DNA from: an uncultured Alphaproteobacteria bacterium
GTDB taxonomy: Bacteria; Pseudomonadota; Alphaproteobacteria; Rhizobiales; Beijerinckiaceae
DNA: 64,000 nucleotides
Direction: 5' to 3'
NCBI GenBank assembly: GCA_963820145.1
Contig: CAWFZD010000024.1
Location: forward strand, 36,216-100,215
The notes below the pieces were generated by a model. The model ran no database searches. It was given only the letters and a program-made list of their open reading frames with translations, and was not told the origin of the DNA. Below are positions 40,351-51,031 of this stretch, piece by piece. Positions within the stretch are counted from its first letter, which is position 1, and each line of letters begins with the position of its first letter. The position numbers and the translations under genes were made by a program.

Positions 40351-40821
40351 ATGGCCTTCGACGTTAAAGTCAACGGAAAGTCGCACAGCGTCGATGTCGA
40401 CGGCGACACCCCGCTGCTGTGGGTTCTGCGCGACGTGCTGGGCATGACCGGCGCCAAGTTTGGATGCGGCAAGGCGCTGTGCGGCGCCTGCACGGTGCAT
40501 ATCGATGGCGCTCCTGTCCGCTCGTGCGTCACCTCCATCGACAGCATAGGCGTTTCCGAGATCACGACGATCGAGGCGATCGGTGAAACGCCGGTGGGAG
40601 CCAGAGTTCAAAAGGCCTGGGTCGACCTGGAGGTCCCTCAATGCGGCTACTGCCAGTCAGGTCAGATCATGTCCGCCGCAGCGCTTCTGGCCGGCAACCC
40701 GCACCCGTCCGACGCCGACATCGACGACGCGATGTTCGGCAACATCTGCCGCTGCGGGACTTATGTTCGCATTCGCCAGGCGATCAAGCGGGCCGGGCAG
40801 TCCAATGGCGAGAGAGGCTGA
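40351..40821 (+). CDS. (2Fe-2S) small subunit of a molybdenum hydroxylase (IorA/CoxS-like)
   Basis: [43 protein letters not shown]. Confidence 0.93.
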   Translation: MAFDVKVNGKSHSVDVDGDTPLLWVLRDVLGMTGAKFGCGKALCGACTVHIDGAPVRSCVTSIDSIGVSEITTIEAIGETPVGARVQKAWVDLEVPQCGYCQSGQIMSAAALLAGNPHPSDADIDDAMFGNICRCGTYVRIRQAIKRAGQSNGERG

Positions 40822-40823
40822 CG

Positions 40824-43025
40824 ATGAAGCCCGAGCTTTCCCCTATTGCAGCCGGCGACGAATCCGGATCGCCAGCGGCGAACGGCGTCTCGCGACGCCG
40901 CTTGCTTCGGGTCGGCGCGGTCGCCGGCGGCGGCTTGATGCTGGGCTTGCGATTGCCGTTCGCTGACGGCGAAGCTGGAGCCGCCCACTCCGAATTCGCG
41001 CCCAACGCCTTCATTCGCATCGGCCGCAACGGAGAGATCGTCCTGACGATGCCCTATGTGGAGATGGGGCAAGGCGTCTACACCTCGATCCCGATGCTGA
41101 TCGCGGAAGAGCTCGAGGCGAGGCTGAATCAGGTGCGGCTGGAGCATGCTCCTCCTAACGAGAAGCTCTACGCGAATCCTCTTCTCGGCGTGCAGGCTAC
41201 GGGTAATTCGAACGCGATCCGCGGCGCCTGGAAGCCGCTGCGCGAGGCCGGCGCCACCGCAAGGGTCATGCTGGTCGCGGCTGCAGCCAAGCGTTGGGGC
41301 GTCGATGCGAAGTCCTGCCGCGCGCAAGACGGTGAAGTGATCCATGGCCCGACTAGCCGACGCCTGACATACGGCGAGCTTGCCGCCGACGCAGCCAAAA
41401 CGCCCATTCCTGAAAACGTCACATTGAAATCGCCAGAGGACTTCAAGCTGATCGGCACGCCGGCCATGCGGCTCGACACGCCGGCAAAGGTCAACGGGAC
41501 CGCGGTCTATGGCATCGACGCGCGCCCACCCGGCGTGAAGATTGCGACCCTGGCGCAATCGCCAGTTTTCGGCGGACGGGTGAAGAGCCTGGACGATACG
41601 GCGGCGAAGGCCGTCAAGGGCGTGCGCCAAATCGTCCGCCTCGATGACGCCGTCGCCGTCGTCGCCGATCACATGGGCGCTGCGAAGAAAGGCCTGGAAG
41701 CGCTCAAGATTGAATGGGACGAGGGTCCGCACGCGGGGCTGACGACCCAACAGATCGCGCGCGAACTCGAGCAGGCGACGCTCCGCTCGGGCGCGGTGGC
41801 GCAAAACATCGGCGACGTCGACAAGGCCATGGCGAGCGCCGCGAAAAAGGTCGAGGCGATCTATGAGCTTCCCTTCCTGGCTCACGCCACGATGGAGCCG
41901 ATGAATTGCACGGCGCATTTTCGCCAGGATGAGTGCGAGATTTGGATCGGCAGCCAGGCGATGGCGCGGGTGCAGGCGATGGCCGCAAAAGCCGCAGGCT
42001 TGGCGCCGGAAAAGGTCATCGTCCACAATCATCTGATCGGCGGCGGCTTCGGCCGGCGGCTGGAGGCCGACGGCGCGGTCCGCGCCGTCGAGATCGCCAA
42101 GCAGGTCGATGGTCCCGTGAAGGTCGTGTGGACTCGCGAGGAGGACATTCAGCACGACATGTACCGGCCCTATTGGTTCGACCGGATTTCCGCGGGGCTT
42201 GACGAGCAGGGCAGGCCCATCGCCTGGAAGAATCGCTTTGCCGGCTCTTCCGTGATTTCGCGATGGGCGCCGCCGGGGTTCAAGAACGGGCTCGATGCCG
42301 ATACGACGGAAGGCGCCATCGATCTCGTCTACGACCTGCCGAATCTCCACGTCGAATATGTCCGCGTGGAGCCTCCCGGCGTGCCGACGGCGTTCTGGCG
42401 CAGCGTCGGGCCCTCGCATAATGTGTTCGTGACCGAAAGCTTCATCGACGAGCTGGCGGCGGCGGCGAAGCGGGACGCGGTCGTCTATCGCCGCGCGCTG
42501 CTCGACAAGTCGCCGCGCGCGAAGGCGGTCCTCGATCTCGCCGCCGAGAAGGCCGGCTGGGGACAGGCCTTGCCCAAGCGAAGCGGTCGTGGCGTCTCGC
42601 TGCAATTCGTCTTTGGCAGCTATCTCGCGCAGGTCGCCGAAGTCCAAGTCTCGAAGGAGGGCGACGTCCGCGTTCGGCGCGTGGTCTGCGCGGTCGATTG
42701 CGGCGGCGTCGTCAATCCCGACACGGTGGAAGCGCAGATCCAGAGCGGAATCATCTTCGGCGCCACCTCTGCGCTCCGTGGCGAGATCACGGTCAAGAAC
42801 GGACGCGTCGAGCAGAGCAACTTCGACACCTATCAAATGCTGCGCATGAACGAGGCGCCCGCGATCGAGGTTCACCTCGTCAAAAGCCCGTATCCGCCAG
42901 GCGGAATCGGCGAGACGGGAACGTCGGCGATCGTTCCCGCCATCGCCAACGCGATCTTCGCCGCAACCGGCAAGCGCCTGCGCAAGATGCCGGTCGACTC
43001 AGACCTGCTGAAGCAGCCGGCCTAA
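40824..43025 (+). CDS. Molybdopterin-binding large subunit (isoquinoline 1-oxidoreductase beta-like), Tat signal
   Basis: SRRRLL; EMGQG, AHATMEPMNC, GGGFGRR, WTREEDIQHD, GGIGETG...IANAIFAATGKRLR. Confidence 0.92.
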   Translation: MKPELSPIAAGDESGSPAANGVSRRRLLRVGAVAGGGLMLGLRLPFADGEAGAAHSEFAPNAFIRIGRNGEIVLTMPYVEMGQGVYTSIPMLIAEELEARLNQVRLEHAPPNEKLYANPLLGVQATGNSNAIRGAWKPLREAGATARVMLVAAAAKRWGVDAKSCRAQDGEVIHGPTSRRLTYGELAADAAKTPIPENVTLKSPEDFKLIGTPAMRLDTPAKVNGTAVYGIDARPPGVKIATLAQSPVFGGRVKSLDDTAAKAVKGVRQIVRLDDAVAVVADHMGAAKKGLEALKIEWDEGPHAGLTTQQIARELEQATLRSGAVAQNIGDVDKAMASAAKKVEAIYELPFLAHATMEPMNCTAHFRQDECEIWIGSQAMARVQAMAAKAAGLAPEKVIVHNHLIGGGFGRRLEADGAVRAVEIAKQVDGPVKVVWTREEDIQHDMYRPYWFDRISAGLDEQGRPIAWKNRFAGSSVISRWAPPGFKNGLDADTTEGAIDLVYDLPNLHVEYVRVEPPGVPTAFWRSVGPSHNVFVTESFIDELAAAAKRDAVVYRRALLDKSPRAKAVLDLAAEKAGWGQALPKRSGRGVSLQFVFGSYLAQVAEVQVSKEGDVRVRRVVCAVDCGGVVNPDTVEAQIQSGIIFGATSALRGEITVKNGRVEQSNFDTYQMLRMNEAPAIEVHLVKSPYPPGGIGETGTSAIVPAIANAIFAATGKRLRKMPVDSDLLKQPA

Positions 43026-43152
43026 GTCGCGGCCACCCGCAGTGCTGCGGACGACGGGAGGGGAGACCGACATGACCCGCGCCTTTGACATTGGCGACGA
43101 TGGCGCTTTTGCTCGTCGAAAGACTTGTCCGAGCCTGCGCAAGGAGACTCCC

Positions 43153-43644
43153 ATGCGAGTGAAGGGACCCCTCGTAATGTTGATTATCCTGGCGACCGCC
43201 ACGGCGGCCTTCGCAGGATTCCCCTCCGTTGCGACCGCGCAAGCCGCTTCCGGCGAAAAACCGATCGCGTCGAGCGCAGGCGAGTCGGTTGCGCCGCTTC
43301 CCGATCTCCAAACTACCGTCGCCGGCGAACCTTTGATTTATCTGAACACGCCGAATCCGCTGGTCTCGTCGTCCGTTCTGACCATTCCGCCCGGCGGCGT
43401 ATCTCATTGGATGACTCATCCGGCGCCGGCCTATTTGTATGTCCTTCAGGGCCAGCTCACAGTGGAGTTCGCCGATGGCGAACGTCGCGTCTTTCGGGCG
43501 GGCCAAGCCTTTCTTCAATCGCGCGCGAAATGGCATCGCGGGCGCAATGAAGGTGTTCAGCCCGTTCAATTCCTCGCTGTGTTCTTTGGCTCGAAAGGAG
43601 TGCCGACGGTTCTGCATCCTCCCGGCGATTCATCGGCAAAGTGA
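43153..43644 (+). CDS. Exported cupin-domain protein
   Basis: AAGGAG RBS; signal peptide; HWMTHPAPAYLYVLQGQLTVE, WHRGRNEG. Confidence 0.82.
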   Translation: MRVKGPLVMLIILATATAAFAGFPSVATAQAASGEKPIASSAGESVAPLPDLQTTVAGEPLIYLNTPNPLVSSSVLTIPPGGVSHWMTHPAPAYLYVLQGQLTVEFADGERRVFRAGQAFLQSRAKWHRGRNEGVQPVQFLAVFFGSKGVPTVLHPPGDSSAK

Positions 43645-43734
43645 ACCAGCTGGGACGCGGGCCTCGAAGCAGCGTTCGGCGGATGCGGGCTCAGCCGATA
43701 CGAGTTCGAAACAGGCGCTGTCTCTCCGACGCCG

Positions 43735-43815
43735 CGGACCGACGCAGCGCACGAGCGCGTCGTTCGCCTGTCCGCGCGCCTGCGGGTGAGAGCCGATCAT
43801 GTTCTGAACATGCAT
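43735..43815 (-). pseudogene. 5' remnant of a four-helix-bundle copper-binding (DUF326/Csp3-like) gene
   Basis: GAGGA RBS then MHVQNMIGSHPQARGQANDALVRCV, the typical N-terminus of this family; the expected Cys-rich helices do not follow. Confidence 0.45.
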
Positions 43816-43837
43816 GGACTTATCCTCAACCAAAAGG

Positions 43838-44026
43838 TCAGGAATGCGAAACCCGTCGCGGCTTGCCCTTGCGCGGCGTCGACGCGAGTTCGCTGAGCTG
43901 CTGTTCGCTCATCGACTCTTCCATCGACCGCGATGCGCCTTTGAGTTCGCTTTTCCTGGTTTCGCCGCGTTTGGCGGAAAGCGCGGCGCCGGCGGCCATT
44001 TGCTGCGCCTTGGATTTTGCAGGCAT
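43838..44026 (-). CDS. DUF3008 family protein
   Basis: MPAKSKAQQMAAGAALSAKRGE...LKGASRSM..SMSE.QL.ELAST. Confidence 0.88.
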   Translation of the reverse strand: MPAKSKAQQMAAGAALSAKRGETRKSELKGASRSMEESMSEQQLSELASTPRKGKPRRVSHS

Positions 44027-44139
44027 CTCGACTCTCCCCAAAAATGAGGCTTGCGCCGCAATAACTGGATTTGCTCACATCACATTCAAGCGCGAGCGCG
44101 GCAAAGGCCTCGCTTCATATGCTCACATCTTGCATAAGC

Positions 44140-45234
44140 TCACATGATGAGCGTCAGGCGCTGCGCGGCGCGCGTGACGCCGGTATAGAGCCAGCGCGCG
44201 CGATGTTCGCGAAAGGCGAAGGACTCGTCGAACAGCGCGACATTGTCCCATTGCGAGCCTTGCGCCTTGTGCACCGTCAGCGCGTAGCCGTAGTCGAACT
44301 CGTCCGAGTCCTTGCGCAGGACGAAAGGAATTTCGCCTTCCGAGCCGTCGAAAAATTGCGGGATCACGGCGACGCGCCGAAAGCCGCCTTCGCCATCCTC
44401 CGGCATGACGAGCATGCGGATCTTGCCTCTGCGCACGGCGCCGGCGCTCTTCACCGTGAACAGCGCGCCGTTGAGCAGACCTTTTTTGCGATTGTTGCGC
44501 AGGCAAACGAGCTTTTCGCCCGACTGCGGCAAGTCGCCGGAAAAGCCGCGCAATTCGCGCAGGCGCCGGTTGTAGGAGCGACGCGTCTTGTTGATGCCGA
44601 CGAGCACCTGATCGGCGCCGGTGACGCGTTCGGGCTCTAGATTTTGCCGCGATACGACGCGGGTTTCGCCGTAGTCTCCCGGCTGCAGCGCGCCGCCTTC
44701 GCGGATCGTCATCGAGAGCCGGATGATCGGATTGTCGGCCGCCTGGCGATGCACTTCGGTCAGCATCACGTCGGGATCGGCCTCCGTGAAATAGCCGCCG
44801 CCCTTGACCGGCGGCAACTGCGCCGGATCGCCGAGCACGAGCACCTTGCGTTTGAAGGAGAGCAGATCGCGCCCAAGCTCTTCGTCCACCATCGAACATT
44901 CGTCGATGACGATCAGCTTGGCGCGCGAAGCGTCGCTGTCTTCGTTCAGCTCGAAGCTCGGCTCTTCGGTTTCGGTCTCGGTCGCGCGATAGATGAGGCT
45001 GTGGATGGTGCGCGCGTTGGCGCATCCCTTCGAGCGCATGACGAGCGCCGCCTTGCCGGTGAAGGCGGCGAAGACCACGAGCCCCTCCACATTTTCGGCG
45101 AGATGTCGCGCCAGCGTCGATTTGCCGGCGCCGGCGTAGCCGAACAGGCGAAAGACCTGCGGGCCGTCTTTCGCGGCGAGCCATTGCGCGACGGCCTTGA
45201 GCGCCCGATCCTGCACAGGGGTCCACGATGTCAT
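44140..45234 (-). CDS. RecD-like ATP-dependent helicase (superfamily 1)
   Basis: GYAGAGKS Walker A, TIHSLIY, VIDECSMV, GDPAQLPPV, HRQA, YALTVHKAQGSQW, YTGVTRA. Confidence 0.92.
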   Translation of the reverse strand: MTSWTPVQDRALKAVAQWLAAKDGPQVFRLFGYAGAGKSTLARHLAENVEGLVVFAAFTGKAALVMRSKGCANARTIHSLIYRATETETEEPSFELNEDSDASRAKLIVIDECSMVDEELGRDLLSFKRKVLVLGDPAQLPPVKGGGYFTEADPDVMLTEVHRQAADNPIIRLSMTIREGGALQPGDYGETRVVSRQNLEPERVTGADQVLVGINKTRRSYNRRLRELRGFSGDLPQSGEKLVCLRNNRKKGLLNGALFTVKSAGAVRRGKIRMLVMPEDGEGGFRRVAVIPQFFDGSEGEIPFVLRKDSDEFDYGYALTVHKAQGSQWDNVALFDESFAFREHRARWLYTGVTRAAQRLTLIM

Positions 45235-45309
45235 GAAGTTCTGGCGCTTTCCTTTGGGGCGAGGCCAGGAAATTGCCGCAACCCGAGCCCTTGGGCAAGG
45301 GGAGGCTTG

Positions 45310-45424
45310 CGCGGCGTTCCCGGCTCGAATGCAATCATTCGGGCGATAAGAAATTCACCCAGAATCAGACTGATGGAATATGCGCTTATCGCAAAGCGCT
45401 TCAACTTCAGCCGAACATGCTCTA
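45310..45424. repeat. ~115-bp dispersed MITE/RIME-like element, copy 3
   Basis: gctcgaatgcaatcattcgggcgataagaa core; ends gaacatgctcta. Confidence 0.75.
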
Positions 45425-45467
45425 GGAACTCATCAACGCCGGCGCCGGGGAGCGCATAGGGAAAAAG

Positions 45468-47785
45468 ATGCCGTCGCGAAGCCCTGAAACACAAAGCTAC
45501 CTCCTCGCCGCGGCGCTGTTTCTGCTCTGCGCGCTCGCGCTCGCCTCGCCGTTTCTGCTCGGCTTCTACACCGTGCCGTGGGACGCCAAGGCGCATTTCC
45601 AACCGCAGTTCGTCTTTCTCGCCCATGCCTTGCACAGCGGGGAATCGCCGTTCTGGACGCCAAACGTCTTCGCGGGCATGCCGCAGATCTCCGACCCGCA
45701 GTCGCTGATCTTTGCGCCCTTCTTCCTGCTCGCCGCATGGCTCGTCAAGGAGCCGTCGTTCCAGCTCGAAGACGGCATCGTCTTCGCGATGCTGGCGATG
45801 GGCGGGCTAGCGCTGATCGCTTATTTTTACGACCGCGGCTGGCATGCGGCAGGCGCCGCGATGGCGGCGCTGGCCTTCGCCTTTGGCGGTTCGGCGAGCT
45901 GGCGCATCCAGCACACGGGGCAGATCACGAGTCTCGCCTTCCTGCCCGTGACGCTGTGGCTGCTGTCGCGCGCGCTCGATCGCCGCTCGATGGTCTGGGG
46001 CGCCGCCGCGGGCGTTGCAGCTGCGTTCATGGTGCTGGGACGCGATCAGATCGCTTTCCTGTCCGTCCTGCTTCTCACGGCTTATGCGATCTATCGCGCC
46101 CTCACCGACGAAGCCGACATGTGGACCGCGCTCAAGCCACTGCTCGCGGGCGCCCTTTGCGGCGCGACGCTCATCGCGCTTCCGCTCGCCCTGACGCTCG
46201 ATCTTGCGCAAAACTCCAATCGGCCCGAGATCGATCTCGACGGCGCCTTGAAAGCCTCGCTGGAGCCCGGCGCCTTTCTGACGCTCATCTGCGGCAATCT
46301 TTTCGGCGTCGACGGGCCGTTGAAGGATTTTTGGGGACCGCCATCGCAAGTCTTCGGCACCAGGGACACCTACCTCGCGCGCAACATGGAGACCTTCTAC
46401 ATGGGCGCGCTGCCGCTCGCAGCGCTGATCGCAGCCTTTGGGCGACGTTATTTCGCCAATAAGGAGATTCGCTTCTTCTCCGTCGCCGCCGCGTTTTTCG
46501 CGATCTACGCCTTGGGCCGCCATACGCCGGTCTTCGCGCTGATCTATCACGTCCCCGGCGTCGATCTGTGGCGGCGCCCGCCGACGCGACCTTCCTGCTC
46601 TGCGCGACGCTCGCTATCCTCTCGGGCTATGCGCTGCATCTGCTGCTCACGGCGCAAGTCGAGTTGCAACCCCTGCGCCTCGCCGGCGCCGTCGGAGCGC
46701 TGCTCGCGCTCTGCGCGGGCGTCGCGCTCGCCTTCGGGCGGCTGGCGCAGGCGGGCGGATCCCTGGCGCTCGCCGCCGGGCTATGGACCGCATCCTGCGC
46801 GCTGATCATCGCGGCGCCGCGCCTCAAGCAGAGGCCGGGGTTCGCCCTGGCGCTCGTCGCGGCGCTGACGACGATCGACCTCGCAGCGAGCAACAAGCCC
46901 AATGAATCGACGGCGCTGCCGCCCGAGCAATTCGACGTGCTGCGCCCCGACACCAGGAACGACACGATCGCGCTGCTGCGCGAAAAGCTAAGCGGGCAGC
47001 CGCCGGACAGGCGCGACCGGATCGAACTCGCCGCCATCGACTTCCACTGGCCGAACGCGAGCCTCGTGCATGGTTTCGATCACGATCTTGGCTACAATCC
47101 GATCCGACTGAAACTTTACGAGGACGCGACCGGCGCCGGCGACCACGTCGCGCTGCCCGAGCAAAGGCAGTTCACCAAGCTCTACGCTGGCTATCGCTCA
47201 CCGATGTCCGATCTTCTCGGGCTGCGCTGGATCGCGACGGGCGTGCCGATCGAGCAAATAGACAAGACGCTGCGGCCCGACGACGTGAGCTTCGTCGCGC
47301 GCACGAAGGACGCTTATGTCTATGAATACAAGGGCGCACTGCCGCGCGTGCTGCTGCCGACCTGCGGGCGCCAGGCCGATTTTGCGACTATGATCGAAAC
47401 CGGCGTTTGGCCACAGATCAATTTCCGCGAGGCCGTGCTGCTGGAGCAGCCGCCGATGTGCCACAAGCAATCGGAGGACGCGCCGCCGGCCCGCGCGCGC
47501 ATCATATCTTATGAAAATACGCGCGTCGTCGTGGAGGCGGAGGCGCCGCCCGGCGGCGGCTGGGTCGTGCTCAACGACGTCTGGCACCCTTATTGGTTCG
47601 CGCAGGTCGACGGCGCAGAGACCCCGATCTTGCGCGCCAATGTGCTGTTCCGCGCGGTCCCTGTCGCAGAAGGGCGACACGAAGTCGTATTCAGCTTCGA
47701 CCCGCTGCGTGGACTTTGGCGACAGATCAACGGAAATCGCGCAGAGGCCGCGCCTCTTGTTTCGCCCGAGCCAAAAACGCGCTAA
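45468..47785 (+). CDS. YfhO-like polytopic membrane protein (GT-C glycosyltransferase-like); frameshift ~46575
   Basis: PFWTPNVFAGMP...DPQS; many TMs; C-terminal VLNDVWHPYWFAQVDG...RANVLFRAVPVAEGRHEVVFSF. Confidence 0.78.
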
Positions 47786-47819
47786 CAATGGCCGAGTATA
47801 AGGGCTGGAACGGATAGAC

Positions 47820-48497
47820 ATGTTCGCCAACGCCACGCTCGCGTGGGAAATACTCGCAATCATCTGGATCAATATTTTGTTGTCGGGCGACAACGCCGTC
47901 TTGATCGCGCTCGCCTGCCGCAAACTTCCCGAGAATCGGCGCCGGCTCGGCGTCATTCTCGGCGCGACCGGCGGCGTCGTGCTGCGCATCGCCTTCACCC
48001 TCGTCATCGTGCAGGCGATGGGCGTCCCCTTCATCAAGATCGCCGGCGGAGCTCTGCTGCTTTATGTCGCCGCAAAATTGCCGATCGATCGCGGCGAGCA
48101 GCGCAGCGTCGAAGCCAAGCCCGATCTTTTTTCGGCGGTCGCCGCGATCATCGCCGCCGACGCGATCATGTCGCTCGACAACGTCATCGCCATCGCCGCC
48201 GCCGCGCACGGTTCGATGCGGCTCATCGTCTTTGGCCTTGCGCTGTCGGCGCCGATCGTCATGTTCGGCGCCGACGTGCTGCTGCGCCTGTTCGAGCGCT
48301 TTCCGCTGCTCACCTGGATCGGCGCCGCGATCCTCGGCTGGATTGCGGGCGAGCTTTGCGCCGGGGATCCATTCTGGACGATGAAAGGGGCGGCGCCGGG
48401 GTCTATCAATCTCCCGTTCGCCGTCGCCGGCGCCGCGATCGTGCTGGCCAGCGCCCTCCTATTGCAGCTTTGGGGACGCCGGCGCGAAGAGGTTTAG
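47820..48497 (+). CDS. TerC/YjbE family membrane protein
   Basis: INILLSGDNAVLIALACR.LP, ADAIMSLDNVIAIAAAA. Confidence 0.92.
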   Translation: MFANATLAWEILAIIWINILLSGDNAVLIALACRKLPENRRRLGVILGATGGVVLRIAFTLVIVQAMGVPFIKIAGGALLLYVAAKLPIDRGEQRSVEAKPDLFSAVAAIIAADAIMSLDNVIAIAAAAHGSMRLIVFGLALSAPIVMFGADVLLRLFERFPLLTWIGAAILGWIAGELCAGDPFWTMKGAAPGSINLPFAVAGAAIVLASALLLQLWGRRREEV

Positions 48498-48501
48498 CTT
48501 G

Positions 48502-51029
48502 ATGGAGAAGCTCAGCCGCCCGCGACGCCTGTCGGCGACATTTTTCCTTTCGGCGGCTCTTCTCGCCTTTGCAGGTCGCGCCCCGGCGGGGGCGCAAGAG
48601 ACAACGCTTCCAGCAAACGCGCACAAAATCGAGATCAGGAACGTCGCCGCGCCGCTCGGCTGCCGCAACCCATATGACGCCCCGTTCACATCGGACTGGG
48701 GTCAGCGTCCCGCTTACAGGGACGGTCGTCAAAATGGACCAATCACCGAACGTTTTGAAGGCGCAAGGATATATCGATCCGCCACGTCAACTGCCGTCCT
48801 GGCCGCGGCCGAAATATTCGCGTAATCATATTTTCTGGATTTCCCGCGAAAACGCGCCCGGCCAGTCGGTCGTGATGAGCGGCGCATTCTCCCCGGCCCC
48901 AAAGCATGTTCGGCTGGCTGCGATTCCCTATGGGTCTCGAAGATGTCAAAGCGCTGCTCGACGCGAGTTCGATCGTCGTTGCTTCGCGAGCGTTGGGCTC
49001 CACCGGACTAGCGTTCAAAGTCCCGGCGGATTTTCCCGCAGGCGCCTTCGCTTTTCGGATCGAGGACCCGACCGCGGCGCCCGTCGAGGCGATCGCGAAT
49101 GCCCCCGAAATACGCTGGGCCGCCGGCGTCATGCCGACGAGGTTGGATGCCGATCTTCCCGCGCAGGTCTTTTCTTTCCCGCCTGTTTCCTGCGGCGTGT
49201 TCGCTGGCGGCGTGGCGCGGATTTTCGGGAAAAATTTTTTGCCGGGCGCGAAAGCCTATTTGGCCGACCTTGAAGGAGGCTTTTTCGAACTCGACGTTCT
49301 GCAGCGCGATGAAAACGCCATCGCCGCCGCCATCCCAAGCAATGTCAAACCGGGAAATTATTTTTTATGGACCGGCGACGCCGCGCACGAGCTAGCCTCC
49401 AGCGCTCTGTTCCCCTTGAAAGTGCTGGCCGCCGAGAGCGCGCCGCAGGTCAAAGCGATCATCTGTCCCGACATCGTCCAAATATCCACAGGGGATATCG
49501 CGGCGGCCCTCCAGAAATGCCTGGACGGCAACGTTCCCGCGGACCCGACCAAAGCCGCCTATGTTTTTTATCTCCCTGCCGGAAACTTTTCCCTCACTCA
49601 ACCGGTAGCCTTTCATCCCGGGCAATATCTGCGCGGAGCGGGGCTGTCTGCGACGACCATTGCGGGCGTGGCTTCGCCTTTGCCGGATAGCTGGTTTGTC
49701 GGAACGCATCATTTTGGCTTCGCGAAGCTGAGTTTTCATGCGCCGATGCGAAACTCGCTGCTGCGCTCCGATCTCAGCGGCGCCCCTAAGGCGTCGGGAT
49801 ATGTGACGATCAATCGCGTGGCGCTAAAAGTGGATGCGCTAGCGCCAACGGGCGGCCACCCCGAGGCGGTCCACTTGAGCGGTCCCGCGATCCAAATCAT
49901 CGATACGACTTTAGATAGCCTCTCCGGCTTGTCCTCCTCCGTGGCCTATGCCGATGGCGTATGGCTCAAAGGCTTCGATCAAAGGCAAGCCCAGGCTGGT
50001 TGGGCGGCGATCGGGGAGAGTCAGAACGTCATTTTCGAACATTCCATCGTCAGCGGCCCGGCGCCGGATGCGGGAGTCGCTGGCGGCGGTCTCGCGTTAA
50101 CGCTGACCTTCGCGCCGCACAGCCGGCTTCCGCGTTCCGAGCAGGTGCAGCGCAATACTTACCTTGGCTATCTCAAGCTCAAAAATATGATGGCGCCGGG
50201 CTTGGGCTCGAGCCAGGCGTTTACGACCGATGGCGGTTCGCAAGTCTATTATGGAACGATTGCTGCGAGTTCCATGGACTCGGCAACGCTGCTGCATGAT
50301 CCGGATTGGTCATTCACCGGCAACACGATTCCCGACGGCTTGATCGTGTCTATTATTGCAGGGGCCGGAGCCGGACAATATCGCCATATGGCCAGATACG
50401 ACAAGCTGACCATCTATTTAAGCGAACCCTGGACGTTGCGGCCCGATTCGACGAGCGTCGTGGTTGTTTCGCAGGCCAATGAAAACATTATATTGTCTCA
50501 CAACACCGTTCAAAACTGCGCCTCTGACGCGTTCATGTTGTATGGTCTCGTGTTTGACTCGGTCATCGAAGGAAACACGCTAATCGATGCCGGCGACGGG
50601 ATCAATTTCATGGCCTTTGGACCTTATGGCGATGCGTTTTATAACTCGAGTTTCAATGCCGAAATCTTACACAACAACATAACGAACTCGCCGGGGCTGA
50701 ACTATATCGTAGCCAACGGAGGCATAGTGCTTTCGGAGCAACCGGGCGCGACGCTCTCGGGAGTCGTAGTGCGTGGAAACACAATAACGCCTCCACAACT
50801 CATTCGCGTCTCGCAAGGATATTCGAACAATATTGCAAATGTGATCGAGGACAACAACTACGCGCTTGAATCGTCAGCAAAGTTGATGAGTTCGGCTGTT
50901 CACACTAACCCAGGATTTCTCGTCGAAGGGATCAATTACAAAGGTCGTCGCGATCCCCTGCCCTTTCGTCGCCGCAAAACCCTTCGCTCCCGAAACCGCA
51001 GGTCTATGAGCGTGCGAAGGATCCGTTGA
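48502..51029 (+). CDS. Large secreted protein with probable right-handed beta-helix (pectin-lyase-like) region; two apparent N-terminal frameshifts
   Basis: Signal-like N-terminus in ORF 48499..48825; continuation in 48569..49273, then 48906..51029; DIAAALQKCLD, YLPAGNF, LRGAG; repeated I.HN/IEGN/VRGN strands; lower GC than flanks. Confidence 0.6.
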
Positions 51030-51031
51030 TT

